Notes under the pieces: model-generated
What the model was told of the DNA's origin: nothing
Seen by the model: the letters and a program-made list of their open reading frames with translations, nothing else
The model's database searches: none
Part shown: positions 40,760-50,010 of the stretch, in pieces
Layout: each line of letters begins with the position of its first letter
Numbering within the stretch: the first letter of the stretch is position 1
Program-made: the position numbers and the translations under genes
Assembly (NCBI GenBank): GCA_964553125.1
Contig: CAZKJW010000001.1
Span: 31,316 to 89,385 of the forward strand
Direction: 5' to 3'
DNA from: an uncultured Oscillospiraceae bacterium
GTDB lineage: Bacteria > Bacillota > Clostridia > Christensenellales > Aristaeellaceae
DNA length: 58,070 nt

Positions 40760-43700
40760 GCAACAACGTCGACAGACGGATTGTAGAAATGCAATTCGAC
40801 AACAAGCAATTCGAGAGTCATGCGCAGACCAGCATTGAAACGCTGGACAAGCTGAAAAAGAGCCTTGATCTGAAGGATTCTGCAAAGGGCTTCTCCGAGC
40901 TTGACAAGGCGGCCAAATCGGTGAATCTGGATTCGCTGGTGGGCGCTGTCGAAGCGGTAAGCAGCAAGTTCTCCATTATGGGCACCGTTGCCGACCAGGT
41001 ATTCAGGCGGATTACCGACGCTGCGCTGAACGCCGCTGCCAAGGTAAAGGGCTTTATCGAAGAACTGACGATTAAACCGGTCTCCACAGGCTTTGGGGAA
41101 TACGAAACCCAGATCAACGCGATCCAGACCATCATGTCCAACACCCGCGACAAGCTGACCGCCGCCGGATATTCCGAGGCAGAACGGCTGGAAATTGTGA
41201 ACGACCGACTGGATCAGCTAAACCATTACGCGGATAAAACCATTTACAACTTCACTGAAATGACCCGCAACATCGGTACCTTTACTGCCGCAGGTGTAGA
41301 ACTGGATACGGCGGTGAACTCCATTCAGGGTATCGCTAATCTTGCGGCTGTTTCCGGTTCCACCAGCGAGCAGGCCAGTCGGGGCATGTATCAGCTTTCC
41401 CAGGCGATTTCCACCGGTACAGTGAAACTGATGGACTGGAACTCTGTTGTTAATGCCGGTATGGGCGGCGAATTGTTTCAGAAAGCGTTGATGCGAACGG
41501 CAGACACAATGGGCGTGACCGGCGAGGAAGCGCAGACAATGTTCGCAAAACTCCAAGCTGGAGAGGTGAGCTTTCGTGACAGCTTGTCCTCTGGATGGCT
41601 GAGTTCTAAAGTGTTGACAACAACACTTGAGCAGTTTTCATGGGATTTCGAGCAGATGGCCAAAGAAATGGGTTATACCGCCGCCAACATGGAGGAAGGC
41701 ATCGCTAAAGCGATGGAAAAAAAGTGGGCAGATCTGCTCTCTGAAGGCTACAGTATTGAGGAAGCCGAGGAAATTCTCCAGCTTGCGAAGGATGCGACAG
41801 AAGCCGCGACCAAGGTAAAAACCTTCACACAACTTTTTGACACGTTGAAAGAAGCGGCACAAAGTGGTTGGACACAGACGTGGGAATATATCATTGGCGA
41901 CTTTGAAGAAGCAAAGGCTCTGCTAACCAGCATCAGTGATTTTTTCGGCGATATAATTAACGCCTCGGCAGAGACAAGAAACCAGATTGTGAGCGGGTGG
42001 AAAAATCTGGGCGGACGCAACGAGTTGATTCAAAGCTTCTGGAATATTGTCTATACGATTCAAAATGTCGCCAACGTAATTCGTGACGAATTTCAGAAAT
42101 TCTTTCCTCCGACAACAAGCAAGCAACTCTATGACATGACGAAAAAATTCAAAGAGTTTACCGAAAGGCTGAGAAGCTTTACGGAAAACTCCGAGATAAT
42201 GGAAAAGTTCCGGCGCATTGTTGCAGGTGTGGCTGCCGCATTCGATTTAGTGAAGAAGGGCGTTTCGTGGGTATGGAATGGCTTTAAGAAGCTGCTGGGC
42301 GTAACGGGATCGGCTGCCGGTGGGCTGCTGGATGTTGCAGCTGGAGTCGGCGATTTCTTTGTGAATGCACGCAACTCCATCGGCGAATCAAAGATCCTGC
42401 AATCAATGCTGGCGAGCCTTGGCGAAGCGGCAACGGCTGTGAAAAGTCTTTTTAGCAAGGCGTTTGCAAAAATCAGCGGCGTATTCAGCAGCCTGTGGGC
42501 AAAGGTAAAGGAATCCGGTGTTTTCACGACGATTGGTGTTCGGATGAGCGAGTTCGTTGGGAAAATCCCGGCGTTTATTCAAAAGATTCAGTCCTGGGGT
42601 AAGGCGATTATTGACTATGTAAAGAACTCCGAAACGCTGAAAAAGGCATGGAACAACGTGAAGGGGTTCTTCAGCTCTACATTCGAAAAAATCTCTGATT
42701 TTTCTGGAAAGATTAAAGAGGCGATTCAGGAATTCTTCAGCGCGGATACCAGCGGCAAGGAAGGCTTCTGGGAGAAGTTGAAGGCGCGGTTCAGCGCGGG
42801 TTTTTCTGCGTTTTCCGGCTGGTTCGATGAAGCAAAGGCAAAGCTGCTGGGAGCATGGGCAAAAATCAAGAGTGTATTTGCAACCTTCTTTACACAGACG
42901 GTTCCGAGTTTCTTTAGTGAACTCGGCGGTAAGACCACCGCCGTGGTAAGCGCCATTGCAGGTGTAGACTGGGCGAGAATTATCAGCACGGTCGTTGGGG
43001 CGTTTGCTGCAATAAAATTCGCTTCATTTCTCGGCAGCTTTTCCAAGATTGGCAAAGGCTTTAAGAGTATCGGTAAAGGGCTCAAAAACATTGGTGAAAG
43101 CTTGAAAGATGTCGCCAAGGATGGCATCCGAATCACGAAGCAGAACAAGGATTCTATCGGTACCACACTGCTCAAAATTGCTGCGTCCATCGGTATTCTG
43201 GTGGCATCTATGCTGGCGCTTTCCAAGATGGATACTGGAGATATTCTAAAATCACTTCTGGTGATCGGCGCGTTGGGCGCGGAACTGGCGATTATCGCCG
43301 GTATCTTTAAGGCGGGCGCAGCAGACGGAAAGTCGTTCCTGATGATGGCGGCTGCGATCAGCCTGATGATTATTCCCATAAAGATGCTGGCCAAGATGGA
43401 TACTGCGGATGCGCTCAAAGGGATTCTTGGAATCGGTCTCATCATGACAGAAATGGCGCTGTTTACTCGAATCGCTGGAGAAGGATTCAGCGGTAAAACA
43501 GCCTTCCTTTCTCTTGCTATCGGCATCAACTTACTGGTGATTGCTGTGAAGCAGCTTGCGGATGTGAATACGGGCGGGCTTATCAAAAGCGTTGCTGCGC
43601 TTGGTGTGATATTCTTAGAACTGTCGCTGTTCACCAAGAAAGCCGGCAATAAGCAGGTCAAGGGCCTCATCAGTATGGCGTTAGCGCTGAACCTGATGGT

Positions 43701-46700
43701 GATCGCAGTAAGAAGTCTTGGAAAGATAAAAACAGGGACATTGGCTAAGGGGATTATTGCCATTGGCGGCGTTGTTGCATCCTTTGCAGTGCTCGCTAAG
43801 ACTGCCGGTGGAATAAGCTTTGGTAAATCGCTTGCGATGCTGCTGACCATTGCTGGAACACTGGCACTGTTTGCCGCTGCATTCAAAGAAATCGATGGGC
43901 TGAACATCGGTTCTATGCTGAGCTTTTCTGGGTCGCTTTCGGCGGTTCTGCTGTCGTTGGCTATATCTATGACGCTGCTTGGGAACATGCCAATTACCGG
44001 GGCGCTAATGGGTGTTGCAAATCTTGCAATTGCCATCGCCGGTATCAGCGCGATTATCATCGGACTGGGCGCGCTGAAGGACAACTGGAACGGTATGACG
44101 GGACTTCTGGAAAGCGGTGGTGAGGTATTTCGCCTGATCGGAAGCGCCATTGGTAAATTTATTGGCGGTATCGGCGGCGGTATCGTAGACGGCCTTGATC
44201 TGCCGAACATGGGTACACAGCTTTCTGACTTCATGACGAACGCGCAAGGATTCCTTGACGGAGCCAAGAGTGTAGACGAAAGCGTGAAAACCGGTGCAAG
44301 TAATCTGACAGCCGTGATCACAAAGATCGCTGGAGCGGAGTTCACTTCTGCTTTGGTCGGACTCTTCGCCGGCGAAAACCCGGTGACGAGATTTGCCGAG
44401 GATTTGAAAACGCTGGGCATAGCGCTCAGTACATATGGACTTTCCATTTTGCCGCTGGGAAAAGTTCCGTCAGAATTGCTTGACCGATCCGTTTCTGTAG
44501 CAAGTGCGCTTGCAGACGTTGCTGGGAAAATTCCGGCAACAGGCGGCATTGTAGGATTCTTTAATGGCGTAGGCGATATGGCCACATTCAGCAGTAATGT
44601 TGAAACATTAGGGACAGCGCTGACCGGATTCGCAACAAGCATCTCTGATATTGACGATGAGAAGTTCGATCAAACGAAGATCGATGCAGTGATATCTGTT
44701 GCGAGTGGTCTTGCAACATTGGAAAAGAATCTGGAAGGTCAAGGCGGATTAGAAGATCTGCTTGAAGGCCAAAAATTTCTTGGGGCATTTAGTAAGGGCT
44801 TTGCGCCATTTGCAGAGGGACTCAACGGTTTTATTTCTCAAATCAGCGAAGTTGATACCCTTAATGCGAAAGGCAAGAAAAAGCTGGACACCGTTATTTC
44901 CGTTGGTACGGCGCTCGCAACGCTGGAAAAGAATCTGGAAGCGCAAGGCGGTTTGGAAGACTTGATTGAAGGACGAAAATTTCTTGGAACCTTCAGCAAA
45001 GGATTCAAGCCGTTTGGAGAAGGGCTTAACGGTTTTATCGAACAGGTTCGCCTCATCACCTACGACCCTAACGGGGACGACGCGGTCAAAATGGCGGCGG
45101 TTATCGCCATTGCCGAATCTCTCAGTGCACTGGAAAAGGGGATTGAAGGTCAAGGAGGCTGGGAAGATGATTTTGCAGGGATACAGTCGCTGGCGACCTT
45201 CGGAGGAGAGTTTCCAGACTTTGCGACAGCGTTGAACAGCTTTATCGAAACCGTATCAACCCTTGAAGATGAAAAGTACGACCAGACCAAAATCGACAAC
45301 GCACTTGCCGTTGCACAGGCAATCAGCGATTTCGAGGGCAAGCTACCCAAGACGGATGGCTGGTGGCAAAGCGTTGTGGGCAACAAGGATTTGTCTCTGT
45401 TTTCAACCAATGTGACTCGGTTGGGCACGGCGCTTGCTTCCTTTGCCGGAGACATTTCAGCGGTTGATATGAGCAATTCCGAAAATGCGATCAACGTCAT
45501 GGGACTGATTGGCGATTTTATCGGCAGTCTGGATAAAACCGGCGGCGTGTGGGACAACATCGGCAAATGGTTTGGCGGTTCGAGCGAAAACAACCTGCTG
45601 TCTACCACTGAAACGATGGCACGGGTCGGCACGAATCTGAATATGTTTGCAACAAGCCTGACAGGAATTTCGTTTGGCGGACAGGTGGATGACGCATCCA
45701 AGGTCTTTACGGATATGGAAGCCTTCGTGTCAAACCTTGACCCAAGTGGGAGCGTCTGGCAGAGAATTGGTAAAGTATTTGGGAAAGGCGATACTTCCGC
45801 AACACTGAACATGATCACTGCTAACATGGCTACCTTCGGAACCAGCATACGCACGTTTTCTGATGGAATCAGCAACGCTGAGGGGGCTTCGGCAAACTTT
45901 GAAACGGCGAAGATGGTATTTGAAAAATTCAAAGAATTTGGAAACGCGTTTGCCGGAGAAGATGGAAACCTTATTAATGGCTGGACGTTCGACGATATTG
46001 GCGAAGGACTTGCTGATTTCGGTACCTATCTGAACACGTTTGCTGCGAACATTTCCGGCGTAAATGTATCCGACCTTTCTGGTGCTGTAAGCACAATCGA
46101 CAGTTTGATGTCCATTGCGAGCGCCGCAGGTGGAATTGACCCGACAAACGTGCAGAATCTTGCCGCTATTCTTGAAGTGTACGCAAAGACGGATTTTTCA
46201 ACCGCCGGCAATACGCTGGGCGGAGACCTCGTTACGGCGATTGTTCAGGCGATTCAAAATGGTCAAACGCAGGTGGGAACGTCTGCAAAACAGCTCTCTG
46301 CTGCCGGTTCAGCGGCGATGAACGCAACGTACTCTACATGGAATAGCGCAGGACGATATCTGGGCTCCGGCCTGGCAAACGGCATTGCAGCGATGGCAGG
46401 CAGCGTGAGACGCGCTGCTATAAACGCTGCGGCTGGCGCAACACGAGCGATTCAGATTACATGGTCGGTACATTCTCCGTCGAGAGTGGGAAAAGACCTG
46501 GGTATGAACTTCGATTTGGGGATTGCGGGCGGCATTGGCGAATACTCGCGCGTAGTCAGCAGTAAGGCAACCGGCATGGGCGAAAGTGCTGTGGAAGCGG
46601 CGAAAAGCATGCTGCATGGCGTAGATTCAAGTATATTTGACAATTTGGATCCCAACCCGACAATTCGCCCCGTGCTTGACCTAAGCAATGTCCAGCACGG

Positions 46701-47004
46701 TGTGAGTGCAATTGGAGGCATGTTTGCCAATAGTTCTGCGCTGAACGCAGACTTATTTCATGGGATGAACTTTAATCATAATGCCAGAATGCTTAACTTC
46801 GATGGCGCGCAAATTCTGGGCAGTCAAAGCAACAAAGATGTCGTTTCTGAGCTGCGTACCTTGACGGATAAATTCAATCGTTTAAGCGAATCTGTATCCA
46901 ACATGAAGTTGGTGCTCGACACCGGCGTGCTGGTGGGGCAGACTTCAGCAAAGATTGACAGTCAGCTTGGTATGTTGATGATGCGACGCGAAAGGGGGAA
47001 TTAA
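40756..47004 (+). CDS. Tape measure protein (about 2083 aa)
   Basis: The largest ORF, downstream of the chaperones. Central block of repeated TM helices (about nt 43150-44060) and ~60-aa tandem repeats (about nt 44650-45300). Confidence 0.9.
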   Translation: MSNNVDRRIVEMQFDNKQFESHAQTSIETLDKLKKSLDLKDSAKGFSELDKAAKSVNLDSLVGAVEAVSSKFSIMGTVADQVFRRITDAALNAAAKVKGFIEELTIKPVSTGFGEYETQINAIQTIMSNTRDKLTAAGYSEAERLEIVNDRLDQLNHYADKTIYNFTEMTRNIGTFTAAGVELDTAVNSIQGIANLAAVSGSTSEQASRGMYQLSQAISTGTVKLMDWNSVVNAGMGGELFQKALMRTADTMGVTGEEAQTMFAKLQAGEVSFRDSLSSGWLSSKVLTTTLEQFSWDFEQMAKEMGYTAANMEEGIAKAMEKKWADLLSEGYSIEEAEEILQLAKDATEAATKVKTFTQLFDTLKEAAQSGWTQTWEYIIGDFEEAKALLTSISDFFGDIINASAETRNQIVSGWKNLGGRNELIQSFWNIVYTIQNVANVIRDEFQKFFPPTTSKQLYDMTKKFKEFTERLRSFTENSEIMEKFRRIVAGVAAAFDLVKKGVSWVWNGFKKLLGVTGSAAGGLLDVAAGVGDFFVNARNSIGESKILQSMLASLGEAATAVKSLFSKAFAKISGVFSSLWAKVKESGVFTTIGVRMSEFVGKIPAFIQKIQSWGKAIIDYVKNSETLKKAWNNVKGFFSSTFEKISDFSGKIKEAIQEFFSADTSGKEGFWEKLKARFSAGFSAFSGWFDEAKAKLLGAWAKIKSVFATFFTQTVPSFFSELGGKTTAVVSAIAGVDWARIISTVVGAFAAIKFASFLGSFSKIGKGFKSIGKGLKNIGESLKDVAKDGIRITKQNKDSIGTTLLKIAASIGILVASMLALSKMDTGDILKSLLVIGALGAELAIIAGIFKAGAADGKSFLMMAAAISLMIIPIKMLAKMDTADALKGILGIGLIMTEMALFTRIAGEGFSGKTAFLSLAIGINLLVIAVKQLADVNTGGLIKSVAALGVIFLELSLFTKKAGNKQVKGLISMALALNLMVIAVRSLGKIKTGTLAKGIIAIGGVVASFAVLAKTAGGISFGKSLAMLLTIAGTLALFAAAFKEIDGLNIGSMLSFSGSLSAVLLSLAISMTLLGNMPITGALMGVANLAIAIAGISAIIIGLGALKDNWNGMTGLLESGGEVFRLIGSAIGKFIGGIGGGIVDGLDLPNMGTQLSDFMTNAQGFLDGAKSVDESVKTGASNLTAVITKIAGAEFTSALVGLFAGENPVTRFAEDLKTLGIALSTYGLSILPLGKVPSELLDRSVSVASALADVAGKIPATGGIVGFFNGVGDMATFSSNVETLGTALTGFATSISDIDDEKFDQTKIDAVISVASGLATLEKNLEGQGGLEDLLEGQKFLGAFSKGFAPFAEGLNGFISQISEVDTLNAKGKKKLDTVISVGTALATLEKNLEAQGGLEDLIEGRKFLGTFSKGFKPFGEGLNGFIEQVRLITYDPNGDDAVKMAAVIAIAESLSALEKGIEGQGGWEDDFAGIQSLATFGGEFPDFATALNSFIETVSTLEDEKYDQTKIDNALAVAQAISDFEGKLPKTDGWWQSVVGNKDLSLFSTNVTRLGTALASFAGDISAVDMSNSENAINVMGLIGDFIGSLDKTGGVWDNIGKWFGGSSENNLLSTTETMARVGTNLNMFATSLTGISFGGQVDDASKVFTDMEAFVSNLDPSGSVWQRIGKVFGKGDTSATLNMITANMATFGTSIRTFSDGISNAEGASANFETAKMVFEKFKEFGNAFAGEDGNLINGWTFDDIGEGLADFGTYLNTFAANISGVNVSDLSGAVSTIDSLMSIASAAGGIDPTNVQNLAAILEVYAKTDFSTAGNTLGGDLVTAIVQAIQNGQTQVGTSAKQLSAAGSAAMNATYSTWNSAGRYLGSGLANGIAAMAGSVRRAAINAAAGATRAIQITWSVHSPSRVGKDLGMNFDLGIAGGIGEYSRVVSSKATGMGESAVEAAKSMLHGVDSSIFDNLDPNPTIRPVLDLSNVQHGVSAIGGMFANSSALNADLFHGMNFNHNARMLNFDGAQILGSQSNKDVVSELRTLTDKFNRLSESVSNMKLVLDTGVLVGQTSAKIDSQLGMLMMRRERGN

Positions 47005-47709
47005 ATGTACCATTCCATTACATTCGGAGAGAAAAACACGTGGGACGATTGGCATTTGATTCCCGCTTCGCGCCCGTTATTCAATCCGCCTGCGGTAAAA
47101 ACCAATGTGATTGAAATTCCTGGCGGGGACGGCGTTCTTGATTTAACGTCCGCCCTCGCAGGACGCGTTGTGTTTAAGAACCGGACGGGCTCATGGGATT
47201 TCTATGTGGAGAATGGTTTCAGAGAGTGGACTTTGCTTTACAGTGAAATTATGAGCTATCTTCACGGCAAGAAGCTGAGAGCAATATTGGAAGATGACCC
47301 GGACTACTACTACGAAGGAAGGTTTTCTGTAAACAACTGGAAAAGCGATCCAAACTGGTCGCTTATTACAATTGACTACGACGTGAAGCCTTACAAAAAG
47401 AGCATTCGTGCTCCAGGAGAAGACTGGCTATGGGATACGTTTAACTTCGAAACGGATGTCATCCAGTGCTATGAAAACCTTCCTGTTAGCGGTTTGCGGA
47501 CGGTGATTGCAGTTGGAGACGATATGCCTGTCCCCGCGACTATTATTGCATCCGCAGGTGGTATGACTCTTACCTTCAACGGCAATGTTTACAACTTGAA
47601 CAAAGGTATAAATTACAGCAGTGAATTTACAATTTCACAAGGGGAGAATGTATTCGTTTTCGAAGGTGAAGGCGACATAACTATTAAATACGAAAGAGGG
47701 CGGCTGTAG
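47005..47709 (+). CDS. Distal tail protein (Dit)
   Basis: ITFGEKNTWDDWHLIP...IEIPGGDG, immediately after the tape measure. Confidence 0.75.
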   Translation: MYHSITFGEKNTWDDWHLIPASRPLFNPPAVKTNVIEIPGGDGVLDLTSALAGRVVFKNRTGSWDFYVENGFREWTLLYSEIMSYLHGKKLRAILEDDPDYYYEGRFSVNNWKSDPNWSLITIDYDVKPYKKSIRAPGEDWLWDTFNFETDVIQCYENLPVSGLRTVIAVGDDMPVPATIIASAGGMTLTFNGNVYNLNKGINYSSEFTISQGENVFVFEGEGDITIKYERGRL

Positions 47710-49769
47710 TGTTTTATGTGTACGCAGACGGAAAGTCAATTTACTATCCAATGGACGAAACGCTGCTCATTTCATCGCCCCGGATGACGCTGGAGCAGGG
47801 AAAAGCAGGAACATTTGAATTCAGTCTTCCATCAAACAACAGATATTACAACTTGCTCCAGCGGCTCAAAACAAGAATAACGGTAGAAATCGATGGCACT
47901 GAGATATTCAGAGGACGTGTGTTTTCTGAAGAAAGAGATTTCCAAAACACAAGAAGAGTTATCTGTGAAGGTGATCTGGCTTATCTGACGGATAGCGTAC
48001 AGAAGGGCGAACGTTATGTTGGTACTACCCATGATCTTTTCCGTAAGATTATCGCGGCGCATAATGCACGGGTTGAAGAGGAGAAACGATTCGAAGTAGG
48101 GATAATTGATATTGAAGATCGTGAAGTGGTTCTGGCGGGACAATCCGACGAGACGGAAGATTTGGATACTGATTTATTTGATTATAAACAAATAGCCATC
48201 AATTCAATCGTGAACCAATGGAAAACGACCTACGATTATATTCAGACGTGTCTGATCGATTATTGCGGCGGGTATTTGCGAACCCGCCATGAAAACGGAA
48301 TTACATATATCGACCTTTTGGAAGAATTTGGGAGTGTTTCCTCTCAAAGGATTGAGTTTGGTATCAATTTGCTCGATCTGTCAGAGAATGCTACAGCCGA
48401 GGAGTTGTTTACCGTTTTGATTCCTCTTGGGGACGATAATATGACCATCGAAAGCGTAAACGGGGGCAGCGACGAGCTCGTTGACGCTGACTTGGTTGAA
48501 CTCTATGGGCGGATTGTAAAAACACATGTTTTCAGCAACGTGACTGATCCGTCAACACTGTTGGAAAATGGTCTTCGGTTTCTTGCCGCACGCGCAAATG
48601 TGCCTACAACGCTGACTCTGCGCGCAGTAGATATGCATTTGCTGGATTATGAAATACCGGGAATTCAACTGGGGGATTCTGTTCCGGTGAAATCAACGCC
48701 GCATGGAATCGAGCAGAGCTTGACCTGCACGAAAATCGAATATGATTTCGAAAATCCGGCAAACTGCCAGTTCACCTTTGGAACGCCACATCAAACGCTC
48801 ACCGAACGCTACCGCAAAGACAGAACCGCGAGCGAAGAAGAAAACTCCGACGCAAATGCAGCAGCAGCAAGCGCAGCTGGGGCGGCGGGCGGGAGAGCGG
48901 GTGCGGCAGCAGCCGAGAAGGCCGCCAATGAAATGCAGGAGAAAATTTATGATGCATGGATCAATGTGGATCCCGAACTGGGCCATGTTGACCTTGGCGC
49001 GCTGTATCAGGAACTGAAAGACACAAAAGTGGTTCTTGAAAACCAGGTTGGAATCGAGTTGGATGCCCCAAGTGGAAATGTAAACATTAAGTCCCTCAAA
49101 AAGAAATCAGACGAGCAAGAAAACACGCTACTGGAGCAGGCAGCCAGAATTGAGATGATCAACGACGACAACCATGCCCGAATCGAATTGGTGGCAGCCA
49201 GGACGACGGCCTTGGAAGCGAATACGGCAGAGATCGTTATGCAGGTGAATGATCTGGAAAGCACCATTGCACTGAAAGCGGACAAAGTAACGATAAATTC
49301 AAAAATCACAACGATAAATTCTGAAATCACTAACATCAACAGCGAGATTACCAACCTTAAAACTCTGGTTGCTGAAAAGGTTTCGGCAGAGCAAGTGGAA
49401 TCTGCCCTGACTGAAGCTTTGACAGTAAAGGCACTGAACATTAACGGCGCACGCATTACGGCGCTTCGTATCGATTCCGGGCTTATTTGCCAAGGCGGAG
49501 AAGAAGTCGCAACGCAGACATGGGTTGAATCTTTGATTGAGAGCAAACTATCTAATTATGCGCGCAAAAGTCATGTGCACAGTTGGAATGATCTTAGTGG
49601 AAAACCGGTACGGTTCGCACCGACATCACACACCCATTCCTTCAGCGGTTCGACAACTATTGGTATTGGCCATACGCATTATGTATCTGCGGTGCAGTCA
49701 AACACAGGCGGGATGAGCACCAATTATACGAAAACTGTCAGTATTTCGGGAACAACAGGTTCTAATTAA
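47709..49769 (+). CDS. Tail-associated protein (Tal / phage minor structural protein N-terminal domain) with coiled-coil and fibre-like C-terminus
   Basis: The N-terminal ~350 aa are typical of siphovirus Tal. Ala-rich linker, heptad region INSKITTINSEITNINSEITNLK, then HVHSWNDLSGKP..FAPTSHTHS. Confidence 0.75.
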   Translation: MFYVYADGKSIYYPMDETLLISSPRMTLEQGKAGTFEFSLPSNNRYYNLLQRLKTRITVEIDGTEIFRGRVFSEERDFQNTRRVICEGDLAYLTDSVQKGERYVGTTHDLFRKIIAAHNARVEEEKRFEVGIIDIEDREVVLAGQSDETEDLDTDLFDYKQIAINSIVNQWKTTYDYIQTCLIDYCGGYLRTRHENGITYIDLLEEFGSVSSQRIEFGINLLDLSENATAEELFTVLIPLGDDNMTIESVNGGSDELVDADLVELYGRIVKTHVFSNVTDPSTLLENGLRFLAARANVPTTLTLRAVDMHLLDYEIPGIQLGDSVPVKSTPHGIEQSLTCTKIEYDFENPANCQFTFGTPHQTLTERYRKDRTASEEENSDANAAAASAAGAAGGRAGAAAAEKAANEMQEKIYDAWINVDPELGHVDLGALYQELKDTKVVLENQVGIELDAPSGNVNIKSLKKKSDEQENTLLEQAARIEMINDDNHARIELVAARTTALEANTAEIVMQVNDLESTIALKADKVTINSKITTINSEITNINSEITNLKTLVAEKVSAEQVESALTEALTVKALNINGARITALRIDSGLICQGGEEVATQTWVESLIESKLSNYARKSHVHSWNDLSGKPVRFAPTSHTHSFSGSTTIGIGHTHYVSAVQSNTGGMSTNYTKTVSISGTTGSN

Positions 49770-49785
49770 CGTTTGGAGGAAGGAA

Positions 49786-50010
49786 ATGAAAACGTATGGG
49801 GAATTCGGGAAAATCATTGAACAGATTCGTGAGGCGTCAGATCGGATTGAAGTAAAAGGGCGCGTCAACCGGGCATACGCGGATTTTATTTTCGACAAAT
49901 GCAATGAGCTTATTCGGATACTGAATGAAGCGGCAGAACGCGCTAATGATCATGGAAAAGAGGGGGAGAGGGATGGCAAGCCAGATCAAGATATGGCTGG
50001 ACAAGATTAA
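49786..50010 (+). CDS. Hypothetical protein (74 aa)
   Basis: GGAGGAAGGA SD. Overlaps the fibre gene start. Confidence 0.4.
   Translation: MKTYGEFGKIIEQIREASDRIEVKGRVNRAYADFIFDKCNELIRILNEAAERANDHGKEGERDGKPDQDMAGQD

Noticed and set aside
42726-44642. A 638-aa - strand ORF.
   Set aside because: It is antisense to the tape measure gene. Its Ser/Pro/Ala-rich composition mirrors the Ala/Gly/Leu-rich TM repeats.
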